15,546 nt of DNA from an uncultured Deinococcales bacterium (GTDB lineage Bacteria; Deinococcota; Deinococci; Deinococcales; JAAFIG01). Each line of letters opens with the position of its first letter. Positions within the stretch are counted from its first letter, which is position 1. The DNA is taken from assembly GCA_964244895.1 (NCBI GenBank), contig CAXTKV010000041.1, positions 15,177 through 30,722 of the forward strand, read 5' to 3'. The translations under genes were made by a program, and so were the position numbers. A model generated the notes under the pieces. It saw only the letters and a list, made by a program, of their open reading frames with translations, did no database searches and had not been told where the DNA came from. Below, in pieces: positions 6,377-14,231 of this stretch.

Positions 6377-6817
6377 GTGGAAATCATCATCGCCACCCTG
6401 GATCAACTCGATGACCTCGCGCCGTTGTTCGACGCGTACCGCGTGTTCTACGGGCAAAAAAGCGACCTGGGACGCGCCCAGGCGTTCTTGCGCGAACGCC
6501 TGTACCTCCGAGAAAGCGTGGTCTTTCTGGCCTACGCGCACTCGCGCCCGGTCGGGTTCACGCAACTCTACCCGTCCTTCTCGAGCGTCAGCACCGAGCG
6601 CCTGTGGGTGCTGAACGACCTGTACATCGTGCCCGAGATGCGCGGTCAGCGCGTCGGGGAGCGCCTGATCGAACGCGCCGCGGGTTTTGCCACGGAATTC
6701 GGCGCGAAAGGGTTGTCCCTTTCCACGGCCATCACCAACGCGTCCGGTCAGAAACTCTACGAACGCGCGGGTTTCGTGCGCGACGAGGAGTTCTATCACT
6801 ACTTCCTGAAGACCTGA
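6377..6817 (+). CDS. GNAT family N-acetyltransferase
   Basis: Acetyl-CoA motif A LNDLYIVPEMRGQRVGERLI and motif B NASGQKLYERAGF. GGAGG RBS before GTG. Confidence 0.95.
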   Translation: MEIIIATLDQLDDLAPLFDAYRVFYGQKSDLGRAQAFLRERLYLRESVVFLAYAHSRPVGFTQLYPSFSSVSTERLWVLNDLYIVPEMRGQRVGERLIERAAGFATEFGAKGLSLSTAITNASGQKLYERAGFVRDEEFYHYFLKT

Positions 6818-6839
6818 ACCGCCCCAGAACTTGCGATGG

Positions 6840-6904
6840 CTCGAGAAGACCGCCCGTGACACATTGCTCGAGATGCGTTTTTTGCCGTCCAGGACGGTGT
6901 TTTT
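6840..6904 (+). terminator. Repeat-derived hairpin plus U-tract between convergent genes; probable terminator of the + strand cluster
   Basis: Seen: CTCGAGAAGACCGCCC (6840-6855), then GCCGTC-CAG-GACGGT (6884-6898) followed by GTTTTT. The stem is short. Confidence 0.5.
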
Positions 6905-8424
6905 CAGCGCAGAATGAAAAAGTAAAAACGCAACGGCCCGGAAGGCAGCACGTCCTGACGACCCGCCACGCCGATCACGACCGTGCCGGACAGCGTGCCC
7001 AGACGATCCGCGAATTCGGCGACTTCCTCGTCGGGAATCACGTCGGGCGGGTTGATGTTCTCGACGGGCACGTTCTTGGTGCGCAAATCGTTGCGGACAT
7101 CGCGCAGCACGCCCTGCAAGCGTTCCAGGGTGTCGCTGGCCTTGGGTGCGTTACCCGCCGCGCCGAGCGTCAGTTCCAGGGTTCGGATCGGCTGCGAGGC
7201 CAGGTACAGCGTGCGGTTGGAACGCAGCTCGAGCGTCACGGGAACCTGAAGGCCGCGCGTCAGGTTGCGCGTGGCGCGCACCATCACCAGATCCGGCCCG
7301 CCGTTGCGGATGGCCTGCGCCACAAAGGGCTCGAGGTCGTTGTTTGGCAGCAGCATCAATGATTTACCACGCGCCGCGCCGCGCGATTCCGCGATCAGGC
7401 TGGCCTGGCGCACGACGCTGTTGAGCTTCGACCTGACCTGATCGGGTGAGCCCTCGGGCAGTACGGCCTGGACGATCAGTTCGTTGCGGCGGTAGATGAA
7501 TTCGCCCTGCGTGGCGAGCGTCAGCGCGGTTCTGGTTTCCTTGAGATTCTGATCGATGTCGGCCAGTTCCTTTTCCAGTTGCGTGTTTTGCGATTGCAAA
7601 TCCTGGTTGGATTTTTCAAGGTTGGCTTTGGTCTGGATCAGTTCGTTGATGTCGCCTTCGAGCGTGCTGCGCGAAGCCTCGAAGTCGCGCACTTGCGTCT
7701 CGAGCTTGTCGAGCCTGGCCTGGGTCGCGTTGACGCGCGTCTGGCTCGAGGCGAGGCGCGTTTCGGTGGCGGTCAATCGCGCTTGGCTGGTTTCGTAGCG
7801 TTTCTCGAAATCTTGTTTCTCGGTGGTCAACCTGGCGATCCGGCTTTGAAGCTGATCGCGTTTCTGGCCGAGTTCCACGATTTTGGCGCTCAGATCCCGA
7901 CGTTGCGCTTCGATGGCTTTGAGGGCCGCGTCGCGTTCGGCCAGTTTGACGCTTGAGCTTTTGTTCTGCGCCTCGAGTTCGTCCGCACGCGTCTTCAGGC
8001 GCCCGAACAGGTCAACCGCACTCGAGAGTTCCTGCTGTTTGGCCGTCAATTGCGCCCGGTTCGAGGCGAGCTGGTCTTCCAGGGTGATCTGGGCGGTCTT
8101 GGCCTGTTCCAGATCGCGTTTGGCGCTGGCGTATTCGCGGTTGACCAGCCCCAGTTGGCCTCTGGCGGTTTCCAGGTTCGCCCGAATTTCTTGCGCCCTG
8201 ATCGCGTTGTCCAGCGTGTTGCGCGCCAAGAGTGCGACCGTGCCGACCGTCACCAGTGCGACTGCCACGCCGGAAAGCACCGCGATCAGCAAGCCCGTGG
8301 TTTTGGGGCGCAAGCCGAACAACCTGAAATGCTTCTTGCCGATGCGCCGCCCGACCGTGTCACCCGCGTAAGCGATCAAGCCACCGAGCGCGGCGACGGA
8401 CAACAGCAGGATCACCCAGATCAC
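6904..8424 (-). CDS. DUF3084-like membrane-anchored coiled-coil protein
   Basis: N-terminal GGLIAYAGDTVGRRIGKKHFRLFGLRPKTT signature between two TM helices, followed by a long heptad-rich coiled coil. Located downstream of lptB. Start placed at GTG 8424 because the ATG 8457 extension is repeat-derived. Confidence 0.85.
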   Translation of the reverse strand: MIWVILLLSVAALGGLIAYAGDTVGRRIGKKHFRLFGLRPKTTGLLIAVLSGVAVALVTVGTVALLARNTLDNAIRAQEIRANLETARGQLGLVNREYASAKRDLEQAKTAQITLEDQLASNRAQLTAKQQELSSAVDLFGRLKTRADELEAQNKSSSVKLAERDAALKAIEAQRRDLSAKIVELGQKRDQLQSRIARLTTEKQDFEKRYETSQARLTATETRLASSQTRVNATQARLDKLETQVRDFEASRSTLEGDINELIQTKANLEKSNQDLQSQNTQLEKELADIDQNLKETRTALTLATQGEFIYRRNELIVQAVLPEGSPDQVRSKLNSVVRQASLIAESRGAARGKSLMLLPNNDLEPFVAQAIRNGGPDLVMVRATRNLTRGLQVPVTLELRSNRTLYLASQPIRTLELTLGAAGNAPKASDTLERLQGVLRDVRNDLRTKNVPVENINPPDVIPDEEVAEFADRLGTLSGTVVIGVAGRQDVLPSGPLRFYFFILR

Positions 8425-8433
8425 GGCGCACCC

Positions 8434-8482
8434 CGAGAACACCGTGCTGGACGGCATCGAATTGATGCTGCGCTGGACGGCA
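8434..8482. repeat. Dispersed repeat copies upstream of the DUF3084-like gene
   Basis: Seen: CGAGAACACCGTGCTGGACGGCA (8434-8456) and GCGCTGGACGGCA (8470-8482). Confidence 0.7.
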
Positions 8483-8585
8483 CCGCCAGTTCGCGTCGGT
8501 CACGGGAACCCGGCGCACGAGACGAATTCAACGAGGATGCGAAAAGACTCGAGACTGATGTCATGCTCAGTTCACCCCTCGCGCT

Positions 8586-9380
8586 TCAAAGCTCGAAATC
8601 GTCGCCCAGGTAGAATTTGCGAACGTCCTCGTCGCGCGAGAACTCGTCTGGCGTGCCCTGAAATTTGACCAACCCGTCGAACATCAAATAAATCCGATCC
8701 GTCAACGCGACCGTCTCGCGGACGCTGTGATCGGTGATGAACACGCCCAGGCCGCGCCGTTCGCGCAGGTCGCGGATCAATCGTTGAATCTCGCGCACGC
8801 TCTTGGGATCGACGCCGGTGAAGGGCTCGTCCAGCAGAATGAAATCCGGGTTGGTGGTCAAGGATCTGGCGATCTCGAGCCTGCGGCGTTCACCGCCCGA
8901 AAGCGTGTACGCCAGGTTGTTGGCCAGCGGTGCGAGGCTGAATTCTTCCAGCAATTCGTCGGCACGGTTCTCGCGCTGTTGGGTGCTCAGGTTCTGGTAT
9001 TCCAGGATCGCCAGCAGGTTGTCGCGGGCCGTCATGCGCCGAAAGGCGCTGGCTTCCTGCGGCAAGTAACCCAACCCCAGCCGGGCGCGCAGGTGCATGG
9101 GCAGGCGCGTGATGTCCTGGTTGGAGAGCTGTATCGAACCCTGGTTGGGTTTGACGAAACCGACCATCATGTAAAACGTGGTGGTTTTGCCCGCCCCGTT
9201 CGGGCCGAACAGCGCCACGATCTCGCCGCGCTCGAGTTCCAGATCCACGCCGCGCACGACCTCGCGCCGCCCGTAGCGTTTGACCAGTCCGCGCGCCACC
9301 AGCCGAGGTTTGGATTCGGTGGCAGACTTCTGCTCCGGGTCGAAAGTCATGGTGTTCAGGGTTTGCGTCGTATCCTGCAT
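8586..9380 (-). CDS. lptB: LptB-type ABC transporter ATP-binding protein
   Basis: Walker [23 protein letters not shown], signature [24 protein letters not shown], switch ITDHSVRET and C-terminal YLGDDFEL. The start is uncertain (9395, 9380 or 9350). Confidence 0.93.
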   Translation of the reverse strand: MQDTTQTLNTMTFDPEQKSATESKPRLVARGLVKRYGRREVVRGVDLELERGEIVALFGPNGAGKTTTFYMMVGFVKPNQGSIQLSNQDITRLPMHLRARLGLGYLPQEASAFRRMTARDNLLAILEYQNLSTQQRENRADELLEEFSLAPLANNLAYTLSGGERRRLEIARSLTTNPDFILLDEPFTGVDPKSVREIQRLIRDLRERRGLGVFITDHSVRETVALTDRIYLMFDGLVKFQGTPDEFSRDEDVRKFYLGDDFEL

Positions 9381-9393
9381 AAGCGTCCGGTTC

Positions 9394-9402
9394 ATTCTAT
9401 CA
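9394..9402 (-). promoter_or_regulatory. Extended -10 promoter (TGnTAGAAT) for lptB
   Basis: Seen: the reverse complement of ATTCTATCA is TGATAGAAT, 13 nt upstream of ATG 9380. Confidence 0.5.
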
Positions 9403-9732
9403 GCGCGTCGGGCTGAGTCCCGTGAGGAACGTGCGTTTCCGGCTTTCAGACGCGATTTTGACGCTTCGAGCCTCGCGAGGTCGCCGCCTCGGGGAGCTTC
9501 GGCTGCGACCACAGACGCCCGCTCGAGCCCAAATCCCGTCATTCCGAGGAGGCGCGACGAAGAAGCTATGAATCTTTGCCGTATCCCGAACCCGAAACGT
9601 CCGCTGGATGTCGTTATCGCCTTCTGCGACGGCGAGATCCTGAACGAAATAAAGGTTTCTCGGGCCGCCCGAAATCAGTTCTGAGCGTCTCGACCAGCCG
9701 TTGCCCCGCGCGCATCCTCGAGTTCAAGCCCT

Positions 9733-9792
9733 GAGAACACCGTCCAGCACGCGGTTTCTCGAGGCTCGAGATTTGCGTGCTGGACGGTATTT
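9733..9792. repeat. Best-conserved copy of the dispersed repeat: 14-bp perfect inverted pair enclosing a CTCGAG doublet
   Basis: Seen: ACCGTCCAGCACGC (9739-9752) / GCGTGCTGGACGGT (9775-9788), with CTCGAG-G-CTCGAG (9758-9770) at the centre. It abuts the ABC ATPase stop codon. Confidence 0.9.
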
Positions 9793-10489
9793 AGTGCGCG
9801 ACCGCTTCAGCTTCCTTTTCAACTTGCCCATCGCGGATGTGAACGATCCGATCCGCTCGCGCCGCGACGTTCATGTCGTGCGTGATCAGGATCAGCGTGC
9901 GCGCCTCCGAACCCGAATCGCGTTCGGTCAGCAACTCCAGGATTTCCGTGCCGGTTTTCGTGTCCAGGTTGCCCGTCGGTTCATCAGCGAACAGCACGCT
10001 CGGGTTGGTGGCCAGCGCCCTGGCGATCGCCACGCGCTGCTGCTCGCCGCCGGAAAGCTGGGACGGGAAGTGGGTCGTGCGCTTTTCCAGCCCGACGCGG
10101 TTGAGCAACTCCCCGGAAACCCTCGTGCGTTCCGCCCTGGGCATCCCGGCCAGTGAAAGCGGCAATTCCACGTTTTCCTGGGCGGTCAGAATGGACACCA
10201 GGTTGTAGCTCTGAAAGATGAACCCGAAGTGCTTCAAGCGGTACGAGGCGAGTTCCGGTTCTGCCATTTTTGAAAGATCGTTCCCATCGTGAAGCACGGC
10301 TCCGCTGGACGGTCGGTCGAAACCCGCCAGCAGGTTCAAGAGCGTGCTTTTGCCCGACCCGCTCGGGCCGACGATGGCGGTGATGCGTCCGGCCTCGAAC
10401 GACAAAGACAGGTGGTTCAGCGCCGTGACGGTCGCCTCACCGCTCGGGTAGACCTTCGAGATGTCCCTGGCTTCAAGAATCGTTTTCAT
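9791..10489 (-). CDS. ABC transporter ATP-binding protein, LolD/MacB/FtsE family
   Basis: [43 protein letters not shown] and ITHD motifs. ATG 10489 follows a GGGAAGG RBS. Confidence 0.95.
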   Translation of the reverse strand: MKTILEARDISKVYPSGEATVTALNHLSLSFEAGRITAIVGPSGSGKSTLLNLLAGFDRPSSGAVLHDGNDLSKMAEPELASYRLKHFGFIFQSYNLVSILTAQENVELPLSLAGMPRAERTRVSGELLNRVGLEKRTTHFPSQLSGGEQQRVAIARALATNPSVLFADEPTGNLDTKTGTEILELLTERDSGSEARTLILITHDMNVAARADRIVHIRDGQVEKEAEAVAH

Positions 10490-10513
10490 GGTACCCTTCC
10501 CGACCCGCGCCGC

Positions 10514-10541
10514 CTCGAGAATACCGTCCTGGACGTTGTTC
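10514..10541. repeat. Dispersed repeat copy in the intra-operon spacer of the ABC pair
   Basis: Seen: CTCGAGAATACCGTCCTGGACGTTGTTC. Confidence 0.75.
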
Positions 10542-10544
10542 ACA

Positions 10545-11717
10545 CTAATTCCGCCCCAACGCTTCGGTGATCACCAGTCGGCTGGCCGTGCGCGCGGGCA
10601 GCAAACCGGACACCAACCCCAGCACCGCCGCCACCCCGACCGCCAGCAGCACCAGCCGGAAGGTCACGGCGGCGATGGCGACGCTGACCAGGTCGCGCAC
10701 CGCGAAATTCACGACCAGCGTGCCCAGGTAGCCCAGCACCACGCCGCCCGCGCCGCCGATTAAGGCCAGCAGCATGCTCTCGAGCACCACCAGACTGAAC
10801 ACGAAACTCGGTTTCGCGCCGATGGCGCGGATCACGCCGAACTCGCGGGTGCGCTCGTAGACGCCCATCATGACGGTGTTGGCCACCGCCAGACCGCCGA
10901 CGATCAACGAAATCAAACTGATGCCGAAGCGGAAGGCGTCACCGATGGCGATGGCCTTGTCCAGAATCTTCAGCACGTCGCCCTGCGTCTTGGCGGACAG
11001 ATCCGGGAAGCGCGCATTCAGCGTGTCCGCGACCTTGCGGGCGTTGCCGGAATCGGAAAGTTTGAGCGCGATGCCGGTCGCCCGTCCCTGAATGCCGATG
11101 GCGTTGGCGAGCGTCTGGAACGGCACGAAAATGAACGAATCGGTGAAACCATCGCCTTTTTCCAGCACGCCGACGACCTTGACTCGAGCGCCCCGGTTCA
11201 AACGCAGTTCGTCGCCCAGTTTGAGGTTGGCGGTCTTGGCGGCCTGCGCGCCGATCACCGCGATGCTGGCCTGAGCGTCCTGCGCGGTGAACGTCCGTCC
11301 GGAGGCCAGTTTCAGGCTCGGGTAGATGTCGGTCAGCGGCGTGCGCTCGAACGGGTAACCCGCGATCAAGTAACCCTGCCCGGTGAAGCTGCCGCGCGCC
11401 GTCAGGATGTACGGGATGACCTGCGTGATGCCCAATTCCTGCGCCACGCCCTCGAACTTCTGCGCGTTCTCGAGGGGTACATCGGGAATGGGGCTGCCGA
11501 AGACGCTGGACGATTCGTTGCCCTGCAAACTGACCTGAATGTCCGGTCCGACGTTGCCGATCTCTTTGCCCAGCGCGCGCCGGAAGCCCTCGCCCAGCGA
11601 CAAGAAAATCACCATCGATGCGACTGCCACCACGATACCGATCACGGTCAGGAGCGTCCTGACGGGCCTTCTCGAGAGTCCCCGCCGCGCGAGTACGAAC
11701 AGATCAGCGAAATTCAC
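10545..11717 (-). CDS. ABC transporter permease, MacB/FtsX family
   Basis: N-terminal TM segment [16 protein letters not shown], a large extracytoplasmic domain, and [22 protein letters not shown] plus C-terminal [10 protein letters not shown]...EAL. GGAGG RBS before GTG 11717. Confidence 0.93.
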   Translation of the reverse strand: MNFADLFVLARRGLSRRPVRTLLTVIGIVVAVASMVIFLSLGEGFRRALGKEIGNVGPDIQVSLQGNESSSVFGSPIPDVPLENAQKFEGVAQELGITQVIPYILTARGSFTGQGYLIAGYPFERTPLTDIYPSLKLASGRTFTAQDAQASIAVIGAQAAKTANLKLGDELRLNRGARVKVVGVLEKGDGFTDSFIFVPFQTLANAIGIQGRATGIALKLSDSGNARKVADTLNARFPDLSAKTQGDVLKILDKAIAIGDAFRFGISLISLIVGGLAVANTVMMGVYERTREFGVIRAIGAKPSFVFSLVVLESMLLALIGGAGGVVLGYLGTLVVNFAVRDLVSVAIAAVTFRLVLLAVGVAAVLGLVSGLLPARTASRLVITEALGRN

Positions 11718-11740
11718 AGTCGAACCTCCAAAACTCCCGC

Positions 11741-11746
11741 AGTGTA
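11741..11746 (-). promoter_or_regulatory. Candidate -10 box TACACT for the ABC operon
   Basis: Seen: reverse complement of AGTGTA, 23 nt upstream of GTG 11717. There is no properly spaced -35. Confidence 0.4.
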
Positions 11747-11961
11747 CGCCCGTCCGTCTGGGACAAACGGTGCGGCGGCGCGGGTTCTGCAGCCTCGAGC
11801 CCCATTGGGTTGTGATGCTGGGCACGAAGCATCTTTCGCCGTCGCTCGGACTGGAGAGCCCACGCAAAGAGTCCTTCTCGGGGTTCTCGAGTGCGCCAAG
11901 ACCGCCGTCGACATTCAGCCCGAAGCGCCCCGCAAGCGAAGCCGCCCAACAGCGCCCGCTG

Positions 11962-12021
11962 CTCGAGAAGACCGTCCAGAACGGTGTTTCTTGATCTCGA
12001 GACGACGTTTGCTGGACGGTG
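11962..12021. repeat. Dispersed repeat cluster downstream of the response regulator
   Basis: Seen: CTCGAGAAGACCGTCCAGAACGGTGTTTCTTGA (11962-11994, self-hairpin) and GCTGGACGGTG (12011-12021). Confidence 0.8.
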
Positions 12022-12064
12022 CCGTCAAACGAGACTTCCGGGGCAATCCGTCGGGAATCTGGAA

Positions 12065-12829
12065 TCAACCCTGCGCGTTGTCGGAATCTGCGTCGCCAGA
12101 GGGCGTGAAGCGGTAGCCGACGCCCCAGACGGTGTGCAGGTACGCGGGGCTCGACGGGTCGGGCTCGAAGAGCTTGCGCAGACGCACCACGAAATTATCC
12201 ACGGTGCGGCTGGACGGGAAGGCGTCGGAACCCCAGACGACATCCAGAATCTCGTCGCGGCTGACGACCTGATTGGCGCGTTCGACCAGCAACCGGAAGA
12301 TCATCAATTCGCGCTCGCTCAGGGTTTCCCGGCGACCATCAGCGAGGGTCACCGTCCACGCCTGAAAATCGATGCTGTGCCCGCCGAACCGGAAAATATG
12401 ATCATCCTGGTGGCCGCCCGCTTTCAGGTCGCGCCGGAACCACTCCTGGCGGCGCAGCATGTTCGTGACGCGCAGCATGAATTCGGGCAGGTGGAAGGGT
12501 TTGACCAGGTAATCATCGCCGCCGACCTCCAGGCCGGTGACGCGATCCTCTTTTTGACCTTTGGCGGACAGGAACAGCACGGGCGTTCGGCTGCCCGCCG
12601 CGCGCATTCGTCGGCAGACCTCGAAGCCGGAAATGCACGGCATCATCACGTCCAGCACGACCAGATCCGGCTCGAGCGATTGCCACAAGTCCAGCCCGCG
12701 CTCGCCGTCGGCGGCGGTGACGGCCTCGATGCCGTCCGAGATCAGGTTCTCGGCCAGGACCTGAGCCATCGCGGGTTCGTCATCGACGATCAGCACGCGA
12801 ACCCGGCGCGTTTCCGGCGCGTGCTTCAC
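12065..12829 (-). CDS. OmpR/PhoB family response regulator
   Basis: Receiver motifs LIVDDE, VLDVMMP, FLSAK and DDYLVKPF; winged helix SRTVDNFVVRLRK...LHTVWGVGYRF. The start overlaps the kinase stop (GTGA). Confidence 0.95.
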   Translation of the reverse strand: MKHAPETRRVRVLIVDDEPAMAQVLAENLISDGIEAVTAADGERGLDLWQSLEPDLVVLDVMMPCISGFEVCRRMRAAGSRTPVLFLSAKGQKEDRVTGLEVGGDDYLVKPFHLPEFMLRVTNMLRRQEWFRRDLKAGGHQDDHIFRFGGHSIDFQAWTVTLADGRRETLSERELMIFRLLVERANQVVSRDEILDVVWGSDAFPSSRTVDNFVVRLRKLFEPDPSSPAYLHTVWGVGYRFTPSGDADSDNAQG

Positions 12830-13995
12830 GCGGGTCTCGGCGCGGGTTCGGGCACGGATGATTCCTGGGCGGCCAGCGGCAAACTGATCGTGAAGCGCGT
12901 GCCCTGCCCGAGCCGTTCGCAGCGCACGCGTCCGCCCAACACTTCCGTGATCGACTTGACCAGGTACAAGCCCAGGCCCAGCCCTCGAGCATCGCGCGTC
13001 AGTTCGTTACCGACGCGGTAGAACTGGTCGAAGATGTGCGGGATCTCCTTCGCGTCGATGCCGATGCCCCGATCCTCGACGCTGACCAGCGCGAGACTGG
13101 CGCGGATTTCAAGCTTGACCATCACGGGTTTTTCATCGCTCGGGTCGTATTTGACGGCGTTGTCCAGCAGGTTTCCCAGCACGATGGCAAACGCGCCGGA
13201 ATCGAGCCTGACCGGGATCGGCGCGCCCCAGCCTTCGACCTCGATGCGCGCCCCTCGAGCCTCGAGCGATGCGCGTTGGGTATCGATCAACTCCTGCACG
13301 ACTGTCCGCAGGTCGCGCACCGCGATTTCTGGCGATGGCGCGCCCTGTTCCAAGCGTGCGGTCGCCAGCACGCGCTCGGACACGTCCTGAAGGCGGCGCA
13401 ACTCGAGTTCCATGCGTCCCAGGTAATCGAGTTGCGCGGCGCGCGCGAGCTCGCGGTACTGGGAGGTTTCAATCAATAAACGCAGCGTGCTGATCGGCGT
13501 GCGGAATTCGTGGGTGGCGGCCATTAAAAAGTTCTGTTGGCGCCGCCGCAGTTCCTGATCGGAGCGCAAGCTCATCGCGACCACCCACAGACCGACCAGG
13601 ATCACCAGGATGAAGAACGGTCCTTCGTAGGTGAACATCCGCAAGTAGCCTTTTTGCTTGCCGATGTACGCCTTGGACGCGTTCGCATCGACGCTGACGG
13701 GCTTCCCGTCCAGGTTCAGGTGCGGGTACTCGAGCCGCAGTCTCGCGCGCAGGGCGGGCTTCTGGGCCATCGGGGCGATATCCAGCAGGTTCTGCGCCAG
13801 CCGCGCGTCGCGCGCCCACGAGACGGTGGTGCGCATCATCGAATCCTCGATCAAATTGCGCTGAAACACCAGCCACCACACCAGTTGCGCCACCAGGAAC
13901 ACCACGATCAAGCCGAAGGCCACGCGGGCGCGCTGCCTGGATCGCCTGAAGGCGGAAGCCCAACTGGTTCGCGGTGATCTGCGTCGGCGGGTCAT
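12826..13995 (-). CDS. Membrane sensor histidine kinase (HisKA + HATPase_c)
   Basis: Two TM segments, H-box THEFRTPI, N-box NLLDNAVKY, G1 DRGIGI, F-box IFDQFYR and G2 GLGLGL. Confidence 0.95.
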   Translation of the reverse strand: MTRRRRSPRTSWASAFRRSRQRARVAFGLIVVFLVAQLVWWLVFQRNLIEDSMMRTTVSWARDARLAQNLLDIAPMAQKPALRARLRLEYPHLNLDGKPVSVDANASKAYIGKQKGYLRMFTYEGPFFILVILVGLWVVAMSLRSDQELRRRQQNFLMAATHEFRTPISTLRLLIETSQYRELARAAQLDYLGRMELELRRLQDVSERVLATARLEQGAPSPEIAVRDLRTVVQELIDTQRASLEARGARIEVEGWGAPIPVRLDSGAFAIVLGNLLDNAVKYDPSDEKPVMVKLEIRASLALVSVEDRGIGIDAKEIPHIFDQFYRVGNELTRDARGLGLGLYLVKSITEVLGGRVRCERLGQGTRFTISLPLAAQESSVPEPAPRPA

Positions 13996-14085
13996 GGGTT
14001 CAAAGCGGCTCGAGAATAGGGAAGAAGGCGCGGCACGTTCGATCCTATCGTCTCACGAAACCCGACATCCGGCCAGGTTCAGGCG

Positions 14086-14130
14086 CACGTTCTGGGCGTC
14101 CACGCTCTGGGCGTCCACGTTCTGGGCGTC
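14086..14130. repeat. 15-bp tandem repeat x3 (CACG[T/C]TCTGGGCGTC)
   Basis: Seen: units at 14086-14100, 14101-14115 and 14116-14130, with one substitution in unit 2. Confidence 0.92.
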
Positions 14131-14231
14131 AATGACACCCGGAACGAGGCGTGGCAGGATGGAGCCGAGCCGATCCATCGCTTCGCTCGAGATTGCGGAA
14201 CGATTGCGGCCATCGGTCAGGGGGTTCTTTC

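Noticed and set aside
9396..9542. Long N-terminal extension of LptB
   Set aside because: It has no LptB-like content and lies upstream of the candidate extended -10 promoter.
11161..11170. TCCAGCACGC inside the permease (and a similar string near 12650) as repeat copies
   Set aside because: These are explained by common Val-Leu-Glu/Asp codons on the coding strand and have no inverted partner or flanking consensus.
9791..11717. Naming the ABC pair lolD/lolCE or macB
   Set aside because: The family motifs are shared across many MacB/FtsX/LolC-type systems, so orthology cannot be assigned by eye.
11718..12068. 117-aa N-terminal extension of the permease, or small ORFs 11704..11949 and 11714..11914
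   Set aside because: The region contains repeat copies, a strong GGAGG RBS sits before GTG 11717, and the peptides have no recognisable features.
11891..13021. 376-aa + strand ORF
   Set aside because: It is an antisense shadow of the response regulator and kinase.
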